A stretch of 64,000 nucleotides of DNA. It comes from Octopus vulgaris (lineage: Eukaryota). The notes under the pieces are model-generated. The model made no database searches, was not told the origin of the DNA, and saw only the letters and a program-made list of their open reading frames with translations. This document shows, one piece after another, positions 37,659-51,640 of this stretch (position 1 is its first letter; every line of letters begins with the position of its first letter). The position numbers and the translations under genes were made by a program. Location: assembly GCA_951406725.2 (NCBI GenBank), contig OX597815.1, positions 87,048,001 through 87,112,000 on the forward strand. The letters are read 5' to 3'.

Positions 37659-38210
37659 CACCCAAGATCAAACGGGCAAGCAGAACGGTTCGTGCGTACA
37701 TTTAAAAGAGCGTTAGAGAAATCAAGAAGCGAGCGAGTTGATGACGCAGCATTGACACAGTCCTTGAGGGTTTATATGATAATACCAAACCTAAATACTT
37801 GTTCAGGCAAGTCGCGTGCGAAACTAATGTTTTCCCGAAAAATAAAGTCAATTTTTGACAAGCTGTTGCCAGTAAGAAAAACAAATAGAGAAAACACTAA
37901 AAATCTTAATATCGGTGCCAAGGTGTTTTTCAAAATATATAAAAATGAAAGAGAAGGTTAGGAAGACGGATTAATGACAAAATGAATAGGCAAAATGACC
38001 TAAATGATAAGAGATGAAAATGGGAACACAAATGACATTTAAACCAGCTAAAAAATAGATATACGGGAAAGGAAAAGAGATACCCATGGAAATACTCTAC
38101 GACACCTTTAAGGTTCCAACGCAACAAGAAATCGAACCTAGGCGTATCAGCACAAGAAAGAGGAAACGGACAGAACGGTTGGAAGTAGTGCCTAAACGGA
38201 AGAAATATTA
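37659..38210 (+). pseudogene. Gypsy integrase C-terminal remnant
   Basis: HPRSNGQAERFVRTFKRALEK…KSRAKLMFSRKI…LEVVPKRKKY*. Confidence 0.85.
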
Positions 38211-39197
38211 AACTTCCCTAAAAGGGAGATGTGGTGAAAAGAGAAAATGAAAAATAATAATATTAACTTCCGATGGAAGTCAATCTCAAAAGGGGAATAT
38301 ATTGTGGCGGGAGTGATTGATACCGCTGTGGGATTGGAAGAATGGACAAGCCAAACTCTTATAAAAGGTAGCGTATTGGTTGTGACGAGAGAGGTTGTAG
38401 GAGTTGTTGAGAGTTCGTGGGAGTTGTAGTAAGTCGTTCAGATCGTTGAGAGTTTGTATTATTGGAGTATCGAGTTTAGTGGAGTAATTAGAAGTAGGTC
38501 GTGTAAAGACAGTTGATTCTATCCACACTTCGTGAAATCTGTACATTCAACGTATTGAAGGATATAAAACACACACACGTGTGTGCGCGTGAATGTATTT
38601 ATAAATATATGTAAAAGTATATGAGAGTGTGTGTGTTCTTATATACATGCATACATATATGTACATAGATATATATGTGTGTTCACATACATACATACAC
38701 ACACACACACACATGCACAACATACATACATGTCACCGTACGTCCCACTTTTGATGACAGAAAATACACACTACATAAAAGCATTAAAAAGAATGATACG
38801 ATAAAGAAAGTACGAAATCTTATGCCACACAGACACGAAAACAAATAACAGATATCCGACGAGTGTCAGAAAAAATATTGATTTCTAACTTGTGCACAAA
38901 GAGGTGTATTGGCAAATATGGATCCTAGTTCTTCCGTACTAAAATATTTAGATAGACATCGCAGCTGGTTATATTACAAAAAAATGATTTAAATAGAAGA
39001 TATTGCATATAACAAAAAGAAAAAAACTGATGTTTCTCATCGAATACTTGAAAATTTATGAATTGATATATGCATGTGTATATGTATGTACGTATGTATG
39101 TATGCATTTATGTATGTAGTATATATAGATAAATAGATACATACATAGACAGGCAGACAGACAGAGAAGCAGAGAGACAAGCAGACAGGCAGGCAGG

Positions 39198-39267
<70 letters not shown>

Positions 39268-39963
39268 TATGGTCCAAAATTCTTTAAATTAAAAAACCAT
39301 AAACATAAAGAAGCCGAGAACAAAATATAACTGAAGAATAATACGTTTAGGCTGTAACCAACCAGTCGATCACATTATTTTTTGTGGCCCAATTTTAGCA
39401 AAAATAGAAAACATAGACATGACAAAGATGGAGGTTTCAAACACAGTAAATAATGTCAATTGATTTAAGGATAAGAGCTAATAGGAGAATATACTGTAAA
39501 TTCGTGGGGGGGGGGGTGTCTTTTTTTCGCGTACTTACTCAAATAACCGAAACTCTAGACGAACCGCTATCCAGAAAAACATAAATGAAAACGTATTGTT
39601 TATAAGAATCAAGAGAAGCTTATAGTACAAAAGTGTCAGTGAACGTCAATATCAATACTGTTGATCAACCACTTCACACAGCCAAGGAGATTAAAGTAAA
39701 TTCGCTCAGGAATCATTATCAAAGATCGTCAAGGTAAGAAAAAGGTCTCTTATATGTCGTGCCAATTTCAAATGAGAACAATATGTCATTGAGAGAACTT
39801 GAGAATTTCTCTACATTGAGGTATCCAAACAATTGTCATGATAAAGGAAGCGATGCACATGTAACAAACCCATCTGGATGCAGATCTGAGCTAAATTCAG
39901 ACACTGTTTTCTCCTTCTGACAGCTTCTTAAAGTAGAAGTAATCGTAATATTAGATAAACGTG

Positions 39964-40200
39964 TAAGACGGTGAGGTGGCAGAATCGTTAGCACGCCGGG
40001 CAAAATGCTTAGCGGCATTTCGTCTGTTTTAACGTTCTGAGTACAGATTCCGCCGAGGTCGACTTTGCTGTTCATCCTTTCGGGATCGATAAAATAAATA
40101 CCAGTTGCAAAGCTGGGGTCAGTGTAATCGACTTAATCCCTCCCATCATAATTTTTGGCCTTGCATTTAAAAACCACTGTTGTTGCTATCATTATTATTA
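39964..40200 (+). mobile_element. SINE family B
   Basis: GGCAGAATCGTTAGCACGCCGGGCAAAATGCTTAGCGGCATTTCG…CATCCTTTCGGGATCGATAAAATAA. Confidence 0.85.
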
Positions 40201-40720
40201 TTGCATAATATATATATATATATATATATATGGAATGGAGATAACAGACCTCCAACGAAATCATTTGTTCTCAATAATATGTCTATCCTTCTGGCTGCTT
40301 TTCGATAGTTATGAAAACAAGAACTCCGTAAGCTAAAGGCAGTTACTGAGAGCGAGCATCGGTGAGTATGAACGTTATTTTTGCACTTTCTTCATTTCAT
40401 TCTTAAACATAAAACAATTCATTCATATATTAATAACATATATACTACATTTATATATTACCTGTAATAAATTAGCCTTCATAAAGTTCACCTTTAAAAT
40501 GCCACGACGAGTCAGAGTACTTTCTCACCAACCTCCGAAAACCTGTCTCGCCAACCTCTAACAATCTCTCTCTCCTCCAGCTGATAGTTTTTTTTGTACT
40601 TTTTCGCGACGGAAAATACACCTTTTGTGGCAGTAATAACGAAATTGCTTTCTTATATCAGAGTAATAAGGCATTTCAAGAGAACATCTTTACCCCAGGA
40701 ATTACCAGGTACAACAGCTA

Positions 40721-40780
<60 letters not shown>

Positions 40781-40803
40781 GTATGCATAACGTTTATATA
40801 TAT

Positions 40804-41068
40804 TTTTATCTTTTATCTTTTGTCTTTTACTTGTTTCAGTCATTCGACTACGGCCATGCTGGGGTACTGCCTTGACCTTGAAGTGTTCCGTCGAACATCT
40901 CAACACCAGTGCTTATGTTTTTTTTAAGCCTGGTACTTATTCCATTCGTCAAACCAACGCCACTTCTCAAGCGGTGATTGAGGCCAATCACAAAAACACG
41001 TACATTCGCGCATTCACACAGACACACACACATACACACCCACGCACACACAAACACACACACATACA

Positions 41069-41152
<84 letters not shown>

Positions 41153-41603
41153 TTTAACCAATACATAAAAGAAGACATACCAACGAACACCGATGCATAT
41201 GACCACACCCTTTTCAAAAGTTATACATATAGTACCACTACACAAATTCCATTTACACAAGAATACCAACCTTAAGGACACACACAATTCCCACAAACTT
41301 TTCCAGAAGATTCTTATAGACTTGCAGCATAGCCACACCAGTGGCGATGTTTTGCTACCTATGGTCATAACTCTTAACTCAATCGTTTTGTTTCATCATA
41401 TTTTTTACAACAACCATAAACCGGATGTGTCTATTTACCTCTAACAATAGAGAGCAGTCGCCATACTTCATTCCATAATCGCTACCTCTGATGAGCGCAG
41501 GAGTACATAATCGAATTGTTACTTAACACTCCGTTGAATCCCTAGTGCGAATCCGGCTGGTATGATCGACGGTAATGGATATATAATACTGTACACTTTG
41601 GAT

Positions 41604-41641
<38 letters not shown>

Positions 41642-41650
41642 CATATATAC

Positions 41651-41706
<56 letters not shown>

Positions 41707-41876
41707 ATACACACACACACACCACAGGTTTCTTTCAGTTTCCGTCTACCAAATCCACTCATAAGGGTTTGGTCGACCCGGAGTTATAGTAGAAGACATT
41801 AGCTCAAAATGTCACACTGCAGAACTGGACCGAGAACCGTGTTGTTGGAAAGCAAACTCCTAACCACACTGCCACG

Positions 41877-41878
<2 letters not shown>
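40804..41878 (-). mobile_element. SINE family A split by an insertion in its internal microsatellite
   Basis: Tail 40804-41000 and head 41721-41878; 41150-41605 between TA runs carries a decayed hammerhead. Confidence 0.7.
41484..41566 (+). ncRNA. Decayed hammerhead motif with long stem II
   Basis: CUGAUGA 41488-94; GCGC…GGAGU/ACUCC…GUGC; GAAU (A to U) CCGGCUGG UA; stem I poor. Confidence 0.4.
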
Positions 41879-41946
<68 letters not shown>

Positions 41947-41968
41947 TGTATGTATGTATGTATGTATG

Positions 41969-42076
<108 letters not shown>

Positions 42077-42090
42077 TGTATGTATGCATT

Positions 42091-42194
<104 letters not shown>

Positions 42195-43560
42195 CTTATA
42201 CATATACACGAGTATTTGAGTATCAGTGTATAAATGTATAATTGAGATGGATTATTCCAAAAACAGAAGCAAAATTTTATCGCATTCTTTATTGTATCCA
42301 ATATTACAAACAAAAGAAAGATGTCCCCTTTATTATTACGTGAATTCTAAACCGTCATAATAGCGAGCTGGTAGTATTACTGAAAAATTGCAAAACACGA
42401 TTGGATATGCATCAGTAGAAGAAAATCCTTTCAGGAAACTGTATAGCTTTTACCTCAAAGGAGCCAATGATAAATTCTAATTACCTGCAGTTATTTGCAA
42501 CAAGTTACATTAGTAACAGAACGTTGCTATGAGTTAGTCTTATGATGGCATTCTTTGTAATCTGACAATCTGTGCTGTATGGACGAAGAAGTCGTAAATC
42601 CTCTTGCATTTGTATCTGCATGTATTATGGGGAATCTTGTGAATACATGCATATAATCAAATTCAGCTACATACATGACGTGTATGTGTGTGTGTATGTG
42701 TGTGAGTATGTATGCATGTGTGTTCCGAATCATTATATATGTATAAATATATATGCCTTGATATTTCTAATAAAACAGAAATGCTTGCAGTAACCCTGAT
42801 GCCATGTGAGACCACACACTAGCTTTGTCCATTAGCAGTCCTTATTTCAGTTGACTGGCCATTTCCTACAGCTGCTGCAGTTTAAAGTAGAAGCCAGAGT
42901 TACCATACCAATTTAAAAAGTATTTCAATGAAACATAAGAGATGGTTGTTTAGTTCCCGAAATCACAGCTGCACATCAAACATTATTGAACTTATCAATA
43001 AAAAACCCACAGAGCTAATATCGACACTGCTTAACGATATAAGAAGAGCATATATACAAGTAATGAATTAACTGCCTTTTGGTAAATAAATGCTTTTATA
43101 TCCCCTTGATATAATGGTTAAGGATCATTTTTGAGGCAATAAAGAAACAAGTGTATATAAAACGATGGAAGAAACACCATCATGGATTTGTGAAACTAAA
43201 AAGAAAAAAGAGATTATTCATCTCATGAGGTGATCAAATGTTTAAAATATGTAGTTCTTACCAATTAAAACGGAAAAAGAAGGAAAACATGTATGTTCAG
43301 AAACATCAATAGAAAATATATAAAATGTAAACTAATAACACTTAAACAAGAGTTAAATAGAGCCAGTAATAAAGCTTGTCCTCAAAAGTAGGCAACCGAT
43401 CGAAATTAAATGAAAAAATTCTGGGATGTAAGATGAGGCGATCAGGTGAAGCCACAAAGATAGCAATTACAGAAGTTTCTTTTCAAGAGGACGTAGATTA
43501 ATTCTTGAGAAAATTGAGTTGAAAAGAGATATTTTAGCGAAATGTTGTATAGCGTAACTA

Positions 43561-44530
43561 CGAAGGGAAGTCAAAATTTATCCGCACTTTCACCATAACA
43601 TATCTTTATTATTGTCACACTGCCTTCTGCGCATGCATGGTTATAGTTGATACTATTCTGGTCCCGTGATCGAAGTTTGAGCCTGTTCGCGCCATTTTTC
43701 TTTCTGGTTTTACAGTGTAAGCATGGCCGCTCCATTAGCAATGTGCACCAAAGAAGTACAAAGAGCAGTGATCCGATTTCTCAAGTCGGAAGTTGTGTCA
43801 GGTGCTGAAAATCATCCACGATGTGTTCGGCTTCCATAAAGTCTGTGCAAGATCGGTGCCAAAACAGCTTACTGCAGAGCGCAAACGCAAGCGTCTTGAG
43901 GTCTATCAATGTTTACTCGATCGCTACAACAATGAGGGCGAGAGCTTTTTGATGAAACGTGGCCCATCATTATGAGGAAGAATCCAAAAGATAGAGTATG
44001 GAGTGGAATCATCCTGGATCGCCAGCGTCGAAGAAATTCTAGGCTCAGTCTTCCGCGCGAAATATGATACTAACCCATTTTGGGGACTCAAAAAGGACTA
44101 TACTGGAAGACTATCTAGAACAGTGCAAGATACAGTAATTTGCTGACCAACAAACTGAAGTCAGCAATTCGCACCAAACGCTGAATCCTATTGTCGAACA
44201 AAGTCTTGTTGTTGCATGATAACACACGCTTATACACGGCCGCCCAGGCCGTTGAAACCATTAACCTACTGTGCTAAAAGCCTCCGATGAATTTCAGTAC
44301 CTGGCACACCTTTCGACCAGAAAAATCTTTTGTTCATCTTTGGTGCGTATTGCTAATGGAGCGGCCATGCTAACACTGTAAAGCCAGAAAGAAAAATGGT
44401 GCGATCAGGCTCAAACCTCGATCACGTGACCACAATAGTGCCAACTATAAGCACGCATGAGCAGATGGCAATGTGACAATAATAAAGATATGTTATGGCG
44501 AAAGTGCGGATACTATTTGACTTGCCCTCG
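43561..44530 (+). mobile_element. Mariner derivative with two 5' ends (about 255-bp inverted arms)
   Basis: TA target duplication; left arm 43561-43817 and right arm 44273-44530 both match the 5' end of the 62626-63861 element; transposase remnants MAAPLAMCTKEVQRAVIRF, GFHKVCARSVPKQLT, DETW, LLHDN. Confidence 0.9.
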
Positions 44531-45569
44531 TAAATCAAAATTTAACATAGCCGCTGCATCACAACCTAAATATACAGTATCAACGACGATAAATCATTCT
44601 AGAGCAACGTTTTCCCTAATTTTAAGTAGTCAATATGCTTGAAAATCTTATTTCTGGCAAATGTTATCTTTCTTGTGACAAAAGTGTGTCCGCACTAAAT
44701 ACTTGTGCAATTGCATAAAATCATGACAATAATACACAAAGTTTATCTCGTCCATTGCCAAATGTGAAGTCCCCACCAGCTATTAAGTAGGAACAAAAAG
44801 ACTGAATGTTCTTGAACTTCGTCATCAGGTAACTATTTTTTCTAAATGAACAAGACATAAAAGCTACATGCAAACTTACTTCTATTGTTACGTATTCTAA
44901 TTATCATAATTATCAGAAGCCACAAAAATATTTTCAATGCGTATAATTTTTAATTATTGTATTTTATTAGGTAACTTAACTTTTGTACACTGTATTATTT
45001 TTTGGGGGTGAATTAACATTAATTTCTTTTGTGCACTGGTTGCAAAGCGCATGTGTGTGCGTACACGCGCGTACACCTTAGAGGGAGCAGTACTCTAGGG
45101 CATTGGAAAATTATTGGATAAGAAAGTACCGTGAAGTGATTTGATTATTGGCCACAATAATCAAGAAAACTCTTTATCTGACATCTTATCAATCACGCCG
45201 ATATACGAATTTGGTTGTTATTGGCGGAAACACAATTAATACCCAGGAGCAAAGCTAATCACATGCCAAAGAACACTGAGCAGTTGCTTGTCAGAATACC
45301 ATTGGTAAACTTCATACAGCTTGTATTAGTATAGTCCTCTGGGATCACTCTGATGCCAACATTATTATTACAGTTGAAAAAGCAGCTGAAAAAGAAATCA
45401 GAGAATCTATTGAGCCACTGTTTTTATCTACGAAATTGTGTTTCCACAGCTACAGCAGCATAAAATGAATTTAGTTACGATCTGGTTGAATTACAAGAGT
45501 GTGTGCGGTTCTGTTGACCACTCGTAGATGCTGGAGGTTCATCTTTCAAAAGTTCCGCTATTAGGAGCC

Positions 45570-46050
45570 ATAGACAACGTATCTTTATTTTAGAAAATTA
45601 CCCGTTTTCTGATATGATAAAGTATCAGTTTTGTATTTCTAGGATTTCGATTTTATGTAATGCTATTATACGTATTTATTGCATAGTTGAAAGAGGGTGG
45701 ACGCATGTCCTTTTACAAGGCCTACCAGATGGTGAGATGTCGCTACGGTTGCTCGATATTCGGTTGTTGATAAAAGATGGGCAAGGAGGTGATCACTATT
45801 TTGAATAGAGCATGATTATCAAAAGTACTTAATGCGGGTTCGGGAGATATGAAAAAGCAGAGATAGCAAATGATGGATTCCTAGGATGATCTTTAATAAA
45901 GGTGGTAAACAGTGCTTGTTCAGAGAAGCTGAATTTGTTGTAAAAGCGACCGAAGAGGTATAAATATGCAACAAAGCAACATGCATGTGATAGTGCGGAA
46001 TAGGTCTTTGCCAATCATCTACCAACCTTGTCAAGGCAATCTAGCATTCT
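45570..46050 (-). pseudogene. Possible CR1/Jockey-type LINE EN-RT linker relic
   Basis: Weak peptides YLFGRFYNKFSFSEQ, LLAHLLS, KRTCVHP. Confidence 0.3.
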
Positions 46051-46149
46051 TGTGTGTGTAGCAGCAATGTCGTCTCAGATGCTTAATATGTGTATTAAAT
46101 ATGATGAGTATGTAATCAGCTGAAGTGATCGATAGAAATAACAGCTTGA

Positions 46150-46530
46150 AACATAACATCTTTGTAGATGGATTCCTTAAGTTCTACCTTATAAATATAA
46201 GCAGTATGAGAAGGAACTTTGAGCTGGTTATCAGATTCTCAACAGATATAGACATGGAGTTTAATCAAAATATGTGTTCCTGTCTGATCATCAAAGAAGC
46301 GTGATAAGCCAGTCTGGCAAGATCTCTATCAGTATCCTATCCACTTCTCTCATAACTTCATAACTAGTTACGAATGCAGTATGTAACCTGAGATGGACGA
46401 AAATATATCCCGTGCGGGTGTTTTAACAAAGCACGCGAGACTGTTTCATCAGAATGAAATCTGCTCCTCAGAATTCCCAGCCAACAATAAATAAATAATT
46501 TATCTGTAGTGCATAAAGAGTGTTATTATA
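46150..46530 (+). pseudogene. R4/Dong-like RT relic
   Basis: NIFVDGFLKFY…ELVIRFSTDIDMEFNQNMCSCL resembles FVDDLKLY…FS.DIGM.FG.DKC. Confidence 0.5.
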
Positions 46531-47951
46531 CCTAAGTTTAGAAATAAAGAATCCAAGTTCATATCCAGTCCCGTACTACGTTCACATCCAAGAATAAGAC
46601 CTCTAGTGACGATCGAAGATGAAATGTAGTATAAATATGTAAATAGTACACATATATAAACATCAGAACAATTTAGATTTTTAACGATGAGCTTAATAAG
46701 GTATAAAATTATAATTCTAAACCATAATTTAGATTACTATTATGAGTAGGGAAAGGGCTCCAGTTTTGAATCGGACTGATTGAGCGAATTGTTTAATGCA
46801 GAATTGGGAGATATGAAGCAGTAGCGAAACCTAAGTACTGTGAAAGCAAAATATTGGGATCAAAAGGTGGATGATGCATCGAGTTTTGATACATTCACCT
46901 TTTGATCTCAATATTTAGCTTTATTATATGATAATTCAGTATTGGTGGAACAGAGAGAGCTGTAAGGCAAATATCTTGCTGTTACTGTCCTGAAATCAGT
47001 TCTTGTCGGGGCCAGTAAAATAAGTACATTTCAAGTATTGTGATCGAAGTGATCGACTACATTTCCTCTTTATAAATTTGTTGTCTTGTATCTAAATTAA
47101 AAATCAACATTTTGCTCTATGTGGCTGGAAACTAGACGAGATCCGATATACTGGAATAAAAAAGCGAAAATTACTGACAACTAGAAACTTTTACATCAAT
47201 AGACGTTTTGACAGTCTTTACATTAAGCTATGAATTTTGAGTGTGGGAGCTGGTTTAAGTCGCTAGATTATGGTTATGCTAATGCATCTTATCAAGAGTA
47301 TATTCGATCATATCTACCTTAGTACATATTTCAGTCTGGTACATATTTAACCGATTTCCATGTCTCTAATTGCTAAGTTACGAGACATAGTCAATGTGAC
47401 ATATATTTGGTAGTGCTCGACTCAAAATGTTCCTGTTTAAATGACTTTCACATGACATTCAACTAAATTAATTTAATAATTACAATTAATTATTTGATAG
47501 TTGGCAATATTTTCATAGCATAAACTCTGGTGTAGAAGCAAGCTTCTACACCATAGTCAATGCCTGTTGTTTGGCTTCGTTTCCAGATTATTTCTACACT
47601 GTTGTTAATTCAGCAACATATCGCTGAGGATTTTGTTGTTTCATTTTTGCTTTTGTTTTTTACATATATAATCATTTTAGTTGTAGCAGTTAATATTTCA
47701 TTTGTTGTTATGGTTTATCCCCAGATCAACCCTGATCCAACAAACTTACAACATCTATCTGCACCATGACCAATCCTTTTTCTTTTCGTTTTTTCTTCTT
47801 GTTTTCTTTTTTTTTTCTGAAGCAATGCACGTTGATCTATGATTTGATTCATCCTTTCATTTAAAAGACTAACAAGACCGACCAAGCCTTGTGAGTGGAT
47901 TTGGTAGACGGAAACTGAACGAAACCTGTCGTATGTATATATATATATATA

Positions 47952-48004
<53 letters not shown>

Positions 48005-48010
48005 CTCTCT

Positions 48011-48045
<35 letters not shown>

Positions 48046-48587
48046 TACGAACCAACATGGTCGATTGACCTCCCAGAAAAGCAGCCCCATCTTATATCAC
48101 ACCGACCATACTTAGAAATAGAAAGAAAATGTAATCCTAGATTCAGTACCAGTAAAAAAGAAAAGGTCTGATGGTCAGTTGGACTAAAGAGCGACAGCAA
48201 TCCCAACATTGAAGGCATATGTGTATAAACAGAAAGCAGCTCTTCACAGAAAACAGTACATGAATTATTATAACAGCTTTACGAACAGAGCATAACTACT
48301 TTCAAATTTCATGACGTTATATGATTGTATCTAGTCAACATCAACGTTTAAAGAGCGTATTTTAAAAATGAAAGACATTCGATCGAAACGTCGTATTAAA
48401 TAAATATTTGCCAGTATACAATACTTGTGATTACATATTGTACCTATGCATGTATATGTTTCTATATGTGTGCATGTGTCTGTTTACATAAGAGTGTATT
48501 TGTTGATATATGTGTCTGTGTAGTTGTATATTTAACTGTGTATCACTGAGTTACTGTGTTTGCATACACGTGTGTGTGTGTGTGTGT

Positions 48588-48626
<39 letters not shown>

Positions 48627-49802
48627 TGTGTGCATGTTATTTCTATAGCTTTCGATCTATGCGTAACTGTGATTTGATGTTTCAGTTGTATGTATGTATC
48701 TAGATGAATATTTATACTATCTGCACGATTCTTTTTCTCTGTCTAGGCATTTCTTTGTATGAGCATTTGCTTGTATGTGTTGCATGAAAGTGAGTTTGTG
48801 TGTGAGTGTGTGTGTATGTGTGTGTACATGTGCATTTACGAGTCTGTGTAAATATATATTTGTTTGAGTGTATACGAATGCAAGTGTGTGTGTGTGCGCG
48901 TGAAGATGTACATGTATGTGTGTCAACCTTCAATCCCCTGATATACTAGAGGTGTTGTGAAATTGTCACGATTTAGAAACGAAATTAAGTTAAAAACAAA
49001 AACAACAAAAAACAGTCAAGAAAAGCTTCTTAGACTATATCCAGATAATCTTAATCTTGGCTTAATATCTAATCTTGATCGTGTGTTATATTCTGTGACA
49101 TGAGAAGTGGTGGGAGAGAGTAAAGTGTGAGATGTGAATCGTTAAGGTGGCTTATGAAGAGATAGCGTGTGATATGATGTTACGAAGTGAATGGGTGAAT
49201 GTTTGTTATATCCTGTGACCTGTGAACTACGTTTCTTGGTGTCGTATAGAGATATTTTTCTAATATGTTCCTCCATACAAAATGAATCGGTAGATGTTTG
49301 TACAGATATTTGCGTAACCTTTTAAGATTTAGTTTTGTCTCCACGTTCTGAATTCAAATCTCACTTGAACACACTTTGACTCTTATCTTTCCGGAGTCGA
49401 TAAAATAAATACTAGCCTTGTAGTCGTCTAGATTCAAACGACTATACCCAATTACATCCAGATTTATGGCCTTGCACCAATGTAAAAATAAATCAATAGT
49501 TTGCTATATTCTGTAATCGACGCTATACTGCCCATAGCCAAAGCACTTAACATCTCTCTTTTTTTATCTCTTTCTCTATCTTTTGTCTCTGTCTATTCCT
49601 CATCTATTCTTTCTCTTCCAATCCACGTAACTGCAAATGGCTAACACACGGTACGAAAGTGAGGGCGGTAACTAATGAGTGATAACTTAAATTCATCTGT
49701 TCAACAAAAGATGTCCGTTCTTGCTTCTGGGCGTATCGATATTGATGCCGCAAATGTAGAAGTTGAGCGCTTTGTGAGACACCTCGATTAATCAGAGAGA
49801 AG

Positions 49803-49860
<58 letters not shown>

Positions 49861-49901
49861 GGGTGTACGCGTGTGTTGGAATATATATATATATATATAC
49901 A

Positions 49902-50015
49902 TACTTTATTATTAAAGCTGCAAAAACATCACAAAAACATACGTGTTGGTGTCATTTTTGCAGCTTTAATAATAAAGCATATTACTCTACTTCCGGTATT
50001 CGAGTACTATTCTGG
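49902..50015. mobile_element. Short PLE terminal fold-back, same family as 3170-3504
   Basis: 23-bp arms CTTTATTATTAAAGCTGCAAAAA (49904-26 / 49955-77); tail homologous to 3209-3265; TA-rich flanks. Confidence 0.65.
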
Positions 50016-50050
50016 TATGTATACATATATATATATATATATGTATATAC

Positions 50051-50143
<93 letters not shown>

Positions 50144-50237
50144 GTTGATTGTGAAGGCCGGTCAGAGAGTAACCATTGATTTCGCACCTGTAGGTTTCGC
50201 TTTATAGCGCTTCTTTTTCGGATATATGAACTACTGA

Positions 50238-50293
<56 letters not shown>

Positions 50294-50446
50294 TGGTATG
50301 ACACCTTTCTAAACTCACTAGTTACAGAAAAAAATTAACTAAAAAAATATCGAACTTTCGCCTAGGTACGCAAGTTCTTTCCAATGAGATTTTGTAATTC
50401 CATTTTCATTTTTATTGTTCGGATGAGAAGAAAAAACAACGATGTG

Positions 50447-50493
<47 letters not shown>

Positions 50494-51184
50494 TCTCAGA
50501 AACCGAACGCATTTTAAAATTATGTGACCCTTATCCTTACCTTCGCTATTGAGATACATCTGTGTTGACGAGCATGCGTGTTGATGTCATTTATGAAGTG
50601 TCTCGATTTCATGAATAGCTGAAAAAAAATTTTCGTGCGTTCATAAAATAAGCTTCCTTTTTCGGTTTTCAAAGTTCCAGAAAATGAAGTGGAAGTTACA
50701 TTAGGTAAAAGGGCTTGTATTCAAGAATATATTTTATCGCCGCAATGTACAATATTTGCTAAAGTCGCTTTTCACACAAAGAGTATAGTAGAGATCTCGT
50801 GAATATTCTATTGTTTAATAAGAAAATACACACAGTTGAATGCTAATACCGTGCACACATATACATGTTCATACATCTGCAACGTAAATAATGGAAATTT
50901 GAAGCTGCGATTTAGTTTCAGCTTGCCAAAAGTTTATCTCTACGTGTATAGTGTTGGCCTCATTTCACCCTAAATAAGATAGATTTCTGTATACAAAGTA
51001 TATAGTTGAATGGATCAGTCCCCATTACACAAATTGCGTTTATTTCACCTGGTAAGATTTGAATTCATATTATTATAAAGTTAACAAAAGAAAAAAGGAT
51101 TGTTTAAATTAATTTACTTAATCCGGTGGTCAAATATTTCTGCCAACTTGTCACCGGGAGCAACCGAAGTATTGTTAAGTTTCA

Positions 51185-51640
51185 ATAGATTTCTTTCCCC
51201 AACGGATGTAAACCAAACCTCAATAATCGTCTCACACTTACTGAGAAATTCAATCTTATTCAGTAAATCTCTTCAATAGTTGAGCGAAATCATCCGGTTA
51301 ATTCCTTTAAAAGAATGTAAAGCGATTTACAACCTAATTGTTTCTCTTGACAACTTCACTATCCTACGGGGAAATATTGCAGTTTCACAGATACTCAATT
51401 CTGTTTAGCAAAGTTCTTCGAGAAACGAGTAAATCTTCATCTTGAAATGATACCTAGTTCATAACTTAATTGACTCCTGTATAAATATCACTCAAACATG
51501 ATTTTTTTTTCCTCTTGTCCTTTTCCCCCAATTTCACAGATATCTTCTTATCTCATCAAAACTATTCGAGAGACTGGAAAATCTTCGAGCTGTCGATTCG
51601 TAATTCATACTTTGTTTGAAAAGAATTGTAAATCCAAAAT
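51185..51640 (-). pseudogene. Decayed hAT-like transposase relic
   Basis: RRFSSLSNSFDEIRRYL, CLSDIY…MN*VSFQ and QYFP resemble RF..L..EI..FL / YL.DIF…N..LQ / FP of Buster/Charlie-type transposases. Confidence 0.4.

Larger units (their letters stand above)
36367..38571 (+). mobile_element. Internally deleted Gypsy (Mag-like) LTR retrotransposon inserted in (CA)n
   Basis: Diverged LTRs 36367-36631 and 38300-38571; PBS TGGCGACGAG 36661; PPT AAAAGGGGAA 38288; gag and integrase remnants only. Confidence 0.85.

Noticed and set aside
42850-43558. Possible R4/Dong N-terminal relic
   Set aside because: Only faint peptide resemblance; not supportable without a search.
50180-50225. GCU-AUAA-AGC GAAA CCUACAGG U on the - strand
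   Set aside because: Plausible HHR 3' half, but no CUGANGA, a G at the cleavage position and no sister copy in the window.
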